From Raillietiella orientalis (lineage: Eukaryota): 64,000 bases of DNA. Positions within the stretch are counted from its first letter, which is position 1. Each line of letters begins with the position of its first letter. The stretch lies in the NCBI GenBank assembly GCA_036172245.1, contig JAYWIR010000033.1, positions 2,170,001-2,234,000 of the forward strand, given 5' to 3'. The translations under genes and the position numbers were made by a program. This document shows, piece by piece, positions 59,722-64,000 of the stretch. The notes under the pieces are model-generated. The model was given only the letters and a program-made list of their open reading frames with translations, was not told the DNA's origin and searched no databases.

Positions 59722-61635
59722 ACCGTTGGTCCATAACAAAGGACGATGGAACCATCCTTGCTTATGAAGGATTCCTCATCCCAAACCCCTTGTGCATCAA
59801 AGGGAGCGGAATTTCAGAACAGCACGAATCTGCAATCGTATCGATGGCTATTTACTCAAGACAGTGAGGACAAATCAAAGAATTATGCATGCGCTCAAAC
59901 GTATACACACATATATACATACATATTCTTGCATAGACAGACGATTGCAAACAGATGTGTTGGAGGCACTCGTATATATTTTCTGATGTTTTGAATGTGT
60001 GTTTAATGTGTTTACGATCCCCAATTGCAGGTAACCCTCCTACAGCCCCTCGGTTTCCTTCTAACACGATAATTGAAATTGAGGAAACCCTCGGTATAGC
60101 GCGGTACTTCTGTAACACCATAAGGCGATTTTCATTTAACACATTTGGAAAATTCTATTACAGACTGTGTACACACTTCGATGTCGATGGCCAACCACAG
60201 CAAGAGCTTAGGTTTATGTATGTACACTCAGCTCCTCTTCACGGTTGGCCATCTGTTTGTGCACATATGAAAGCAATTGGGGGAATAACCGAATTTTATT
60301 AGGTCAGTGACCTCAAGGTCCCACTTTCTGTTTTCTATGAAAGTTGAGTTCGTTGCAGACCACTGAGTGTTGTGTGTTCGAAGTGTTCAGTTCAATCATT
60401 TTTTATTCTTCAACAGAGAATAGCGAAATGGAAAAAAATTACATATTTAACTCTGCCTGATTAAAAAAAAAAAAAAACAACCAAGTCCCAAACTATTTCT
60501 TTTAAAAAAAAAATAATAAATTTTAAGAGGAAATTCATTTCCTTGGAAATGAAAATGCAAATTTTGGATCGTTTTTTTAGAAGAAACAGAAAAAGCATCA
60601 CACATTGCAGAATTTCTAAATTTTGCAATGAAGCAACAGGCCGCAACCACTAAGTGGGAAAGAGGAAGCGGAAGAAGAAACTGCCGGAGAGGATTCGGTC
60701 GAAATGGCATCCGAAGCAGATCAAACCGAATCTCAGGATCGAATCTCACAGGTGGAGACTGCGAATTTAATTTCATCGGGAATGGCAAAGGCTGGAATCG
60801 TTTTTCTTGGACGCGGGTCCTTCAGCTGGAGGAAGCCGAGAATTCGGAAGGGAGCTGGAAAATGGCTCATCTCCGTACCATGAAATTTACGAAGACCTCG
60901 TAACCGAAATCACTGCCTTTTAAAACAGGACAGAAGGTACACAGAATCTTGATGCCGAAAAAAGTACCGAAAGTGGGGATAGTACAGCTCGCCAGGAAAA
61001 CGTCGTCGTTTCATTTTACGGAGCAGCGATGAAGAGCCCATGCAATCAAACGAAAACAGTTTATGTGCATTTGCGTGTATATCTTCTTTTTTTTTTTTGT
61101 TTACGTCCCGTGTTATACATTCCTAACAAAAGCGAACTTGAAAAAATTATTTGTTCGTAATAGTTCTTGGAACGTAACCCCCCTCCCCCCCTTTTTTTTT
61201 TAATGGCTCCTAGCCTCATATAACACGGTTTCACACAACACGCTATGTTGTAGGAACCGATCAACCGTGTTATGGGAGGTCTACCGAAGAGGATAGCACT
61301 TTCCAAGGATGATTCGTCCAAAAGAGCATCGCGATGACAACGAAATTTGAAGTGTCCCCCCAACTGCATCCCGACAGCAAGCATCCACTCAGGTCTTCCG
61401 ATTCGACACAAACAGTCTGTCGGTGTCGATTCGGAAGAATTCCCACGTGAACGGACAAAGAAAGATGGTCCGTTGCGATTCTAAAGTCTTGTTGCTAACG
61501 CTAGCAGATTTTTCACAGGAAATCCCTATGGGAACCACAGAGACGTTTCCTTGGTGTTCCGAAAATAATTGACAATGACGTCAGCTTGGCAGCTCTTGTT
61601 GGCGGTGGTGGTGGTGGTGATGAGAGTGACGTAGG
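59722..61635 (+). repeat. Second copy of the 48705-49340 repeat, split by a ~1.28-kb insertion (~60020-61295)
   Basis: Similarity stops after tgtgtttacgat (60019) and resumes at cactttccaa (61297). Confidence 0.8.
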
Positions 61636-61662
61636 AGACGGAAATCGGAGGCTGATGCACTT

Positions 61663-62135
61663 GGGCGATACTCAAACTACGGCCCGTGGGCCACATGCGG
61701 CCCATTAAGTATTTTTTTTTTTTTTAACCTTTGGCAGTCGGGCGGGGGTGTTCATAGAAGGCAAATCCATGAGCGGTTGGCCCTGCACGCACAGCGCCTC
61801 TCGCGGGTTGTCGTTTGTTTATTTCGCGCAGTAAAGTTGTACAGTTTCGTTTCTTGGGATTTTAAGCGTTAGTACGAGGAAGGAATTCAGTCTGTGCTCA
61901 ACTCACCGCAATGAGGAAAAAAATATTTGCCTACATCCTTCCACTCTTCAGACTTTTTTGCATGAAATACATGAATGTAAAAATATATGTTGTGTTAAAA
62001 TTTAATTAAAATATATCAATGTATAAAATTTCTTTTACAGGATTATATTATCATACATGGAGTACTATATACAGCCCGCGTAATGTTGCAAACCTATGTA
62101 TGTGGCCCGAGAAGAAGAAAGGTTGAGTATCACTG
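61663..62135. mobile_element. hAT/Charlie-type MITE (~470 bp)
   Basis: Imperfect TIRs gggcgatactcaaact / aggttgagtatcactg, subterminal cggcccgtgggccacatgcggccc typical of Charlie-like elements, AT-rich interior, decayed 8-bp TSD (atgcactt / gtgcggtt). Confidence 0.65.
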
Positions 62136-64000
62136 GTGCGGTTGGTACTTGCAAAGTACGTCTACCTGCTATCTGCTGCAAGGAAACGGTTGCCCGTCGC
62201 TGTTGTACACTGCTTCCTGTTTGCCTTATTGTACGAAAGAGACCCGCGAGTATTCAGGTCTTCAGCATCCCGGTGTTCTATTCTTTGTGGAAATCTGAAG
62301 TCCAGCACGCCGGAAAGGAGGCCACTGGACCACCCAGATCCACACAACCTTAGGTACCGAGATCTTTACATTTCCAGTTGGCATCCCTTTAAAGACTTAT
62401 TTTCTCCCGGGCAGTGCGTACGCTGCTGATGGTGTTCACCCATTTCTACTGCTTCTTCGATTGGAGGCGCTGCATTTCCTTGTGCATCCTTTTTGTTCGA
62501 GCAATGGACAGAAAAACGTGTTCTATCGTTCAATTCCTTCCCTCTGCCTGAGGACCCTTGTGTGCCCCATAGCCACGAACGCATGTTTCATTCCGAGGTC
62601 TCCAAGTAGTCTCAGCTGACCTCATGGAGAAGTTGTGCTCTCGTTTCACAGATTCCCCCACATGTTCGACTTGCTTTGTCTTAACGTCAATCCTTCTTGT
62701 AGTACATTTCGGTAAAAAGTTGAGGTGCGAGGACCTGACTCTTCTATACGGAACAGCGAAGTGTGGGGAACTGCAAGTGCAAGACTGGAACGGCGGGTTC
62801 CGTGGTCTCCGTAAGAGTGAGCGTAGGATTTCGTGACGGAATTCGCGGTTTCCTCGGATTCCTGCTCTTGAGAACCACAACTTGGACAACCGCCATGGAA
62901 CTTACAGCCAATCCTTTTTTTAATTATGGACAAGGTGTTCCGCTTTTAATCCCAGGAAATATACAGTTCGCCTTGCCCCTTTAGTCACCTGGCAAAGAAG
63001 AACTGATTACAGTTGTGATAGATGTCAAAGGTCATTCAATTTTGACCACCGCTCCTCAGGGCGAACCTGTCACATCAAAAATCTCATGATTTTGAAAGCT
63101 TGAAAGTGTGAAAGAAGTTCTTTATTTATCTGCGAAGTGGCTAAGAGTGCGCTAGTGAAATCTTCGCAAAGCTGAAGGGATTACTAATAATAATAGTGTG
63201 GATATTTAAACATCTTATACCAAAATATGCGCATACTTTGGAGCCATGTACAGCCATTTAATATCCTTTATTCAAGGGATAAATAAATAGATTACTTTTC
63301 CTGATATATTCTCGAGGTTGTTTGTAGGGTATCAACATTTTATTGGGTGATTTATAATGGCGATACTGCGGTTGAATCAAAAAGATGGGCGGAGTAATTG
63401 AAAGGGCATCACGTGGAAGCAGAGATGCAAGCGCATCTCCGAGAAACTGGTGAAAGAAGTCTAAACTGGGATCGATGCTTGCATCGAGATAAACTGGAAG
63501 ATTCGAGAACGGCGTTGCAAGTGCAAGAGCTTCTCCAGCAATGCCTCGCCCTGTGTCGAATCCATCGACCCATGACCACCCACGAACAAGAAAACGGGGA
63601 ACGTGCCGTTTGGTAGAAAGTATCCTAAGAGGAAGCTCCGTTTCCAAAATGACTGAGTAGTAAAGCAAACAATTTTGACCTCTGACTCATTCTAATTTAC
63701 CTCAAAAAACCAACGGAACTTGGCTTTGTTCTCCTTTTAATGAAATACGCATACATGCAGTGTTTCACACATCATGAGTTCAGGAAGTGTTTCAAAGGTG
63801 GCGAATCGCTCAGCCATTCGACTTTGACCACTGTCTGCTCATGTCAGAGTTCACACTCCAACGTCTTGAAGACCTACAGCGGCTACCTACTCAGCTTGTT
63901 TGATGATTTTCAAGGATCTTTGATCTCATCTGGCAGCCTCAGAATTCGACATGAATTTTTGAACTGAAGAAGCAACACAAAGTTGAGAAATCAACTCTCT

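Overview
This is eukaryotic, intron-containing, repeat-rich DNA. The DIP-type Ig sequence points to an arthropod, but the species cannot be determined here. Nearly all ORFs in the six-frame track are spurious. The one well-supported gene is a minus-strand three-Ig-domain IgLON-family cell-adhesion gene (Dpr-interacting protein/lachesin-like). I reconstructed it by hand as 8 phase-consistent GT-AG coding exons between 57501 and 36051. It ends in a likely GPI-anchor signal, and its signal-peptide exon was not found. The rest is mostly decayed mobile DNA: Gypsy (K02A2.6-like) gag/pol remnants, LINE reverse-transcriptase remnants, two copies of a ~770-bp tRNA-headed SINE, a fold-back mariner made of two 3' ends, a hAT/Charlie-type MITE and microsatellites. 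There are also degenerate host-like gene fragments: ankyrin repeats, a PDZ fragment and a possible P2X7-C-terminal/Kolobok-accessory Cys domain. I found no convincing evidence of a new multi-gene system. The most unusual observations are an array of cUNCGg hairpins inside the SINE, an inverted-flank copy of that SINE, several fold-back structures, and a possible ankyrin plus helicase-like pseudogene. All motif matches were made by eye; no searches were run.
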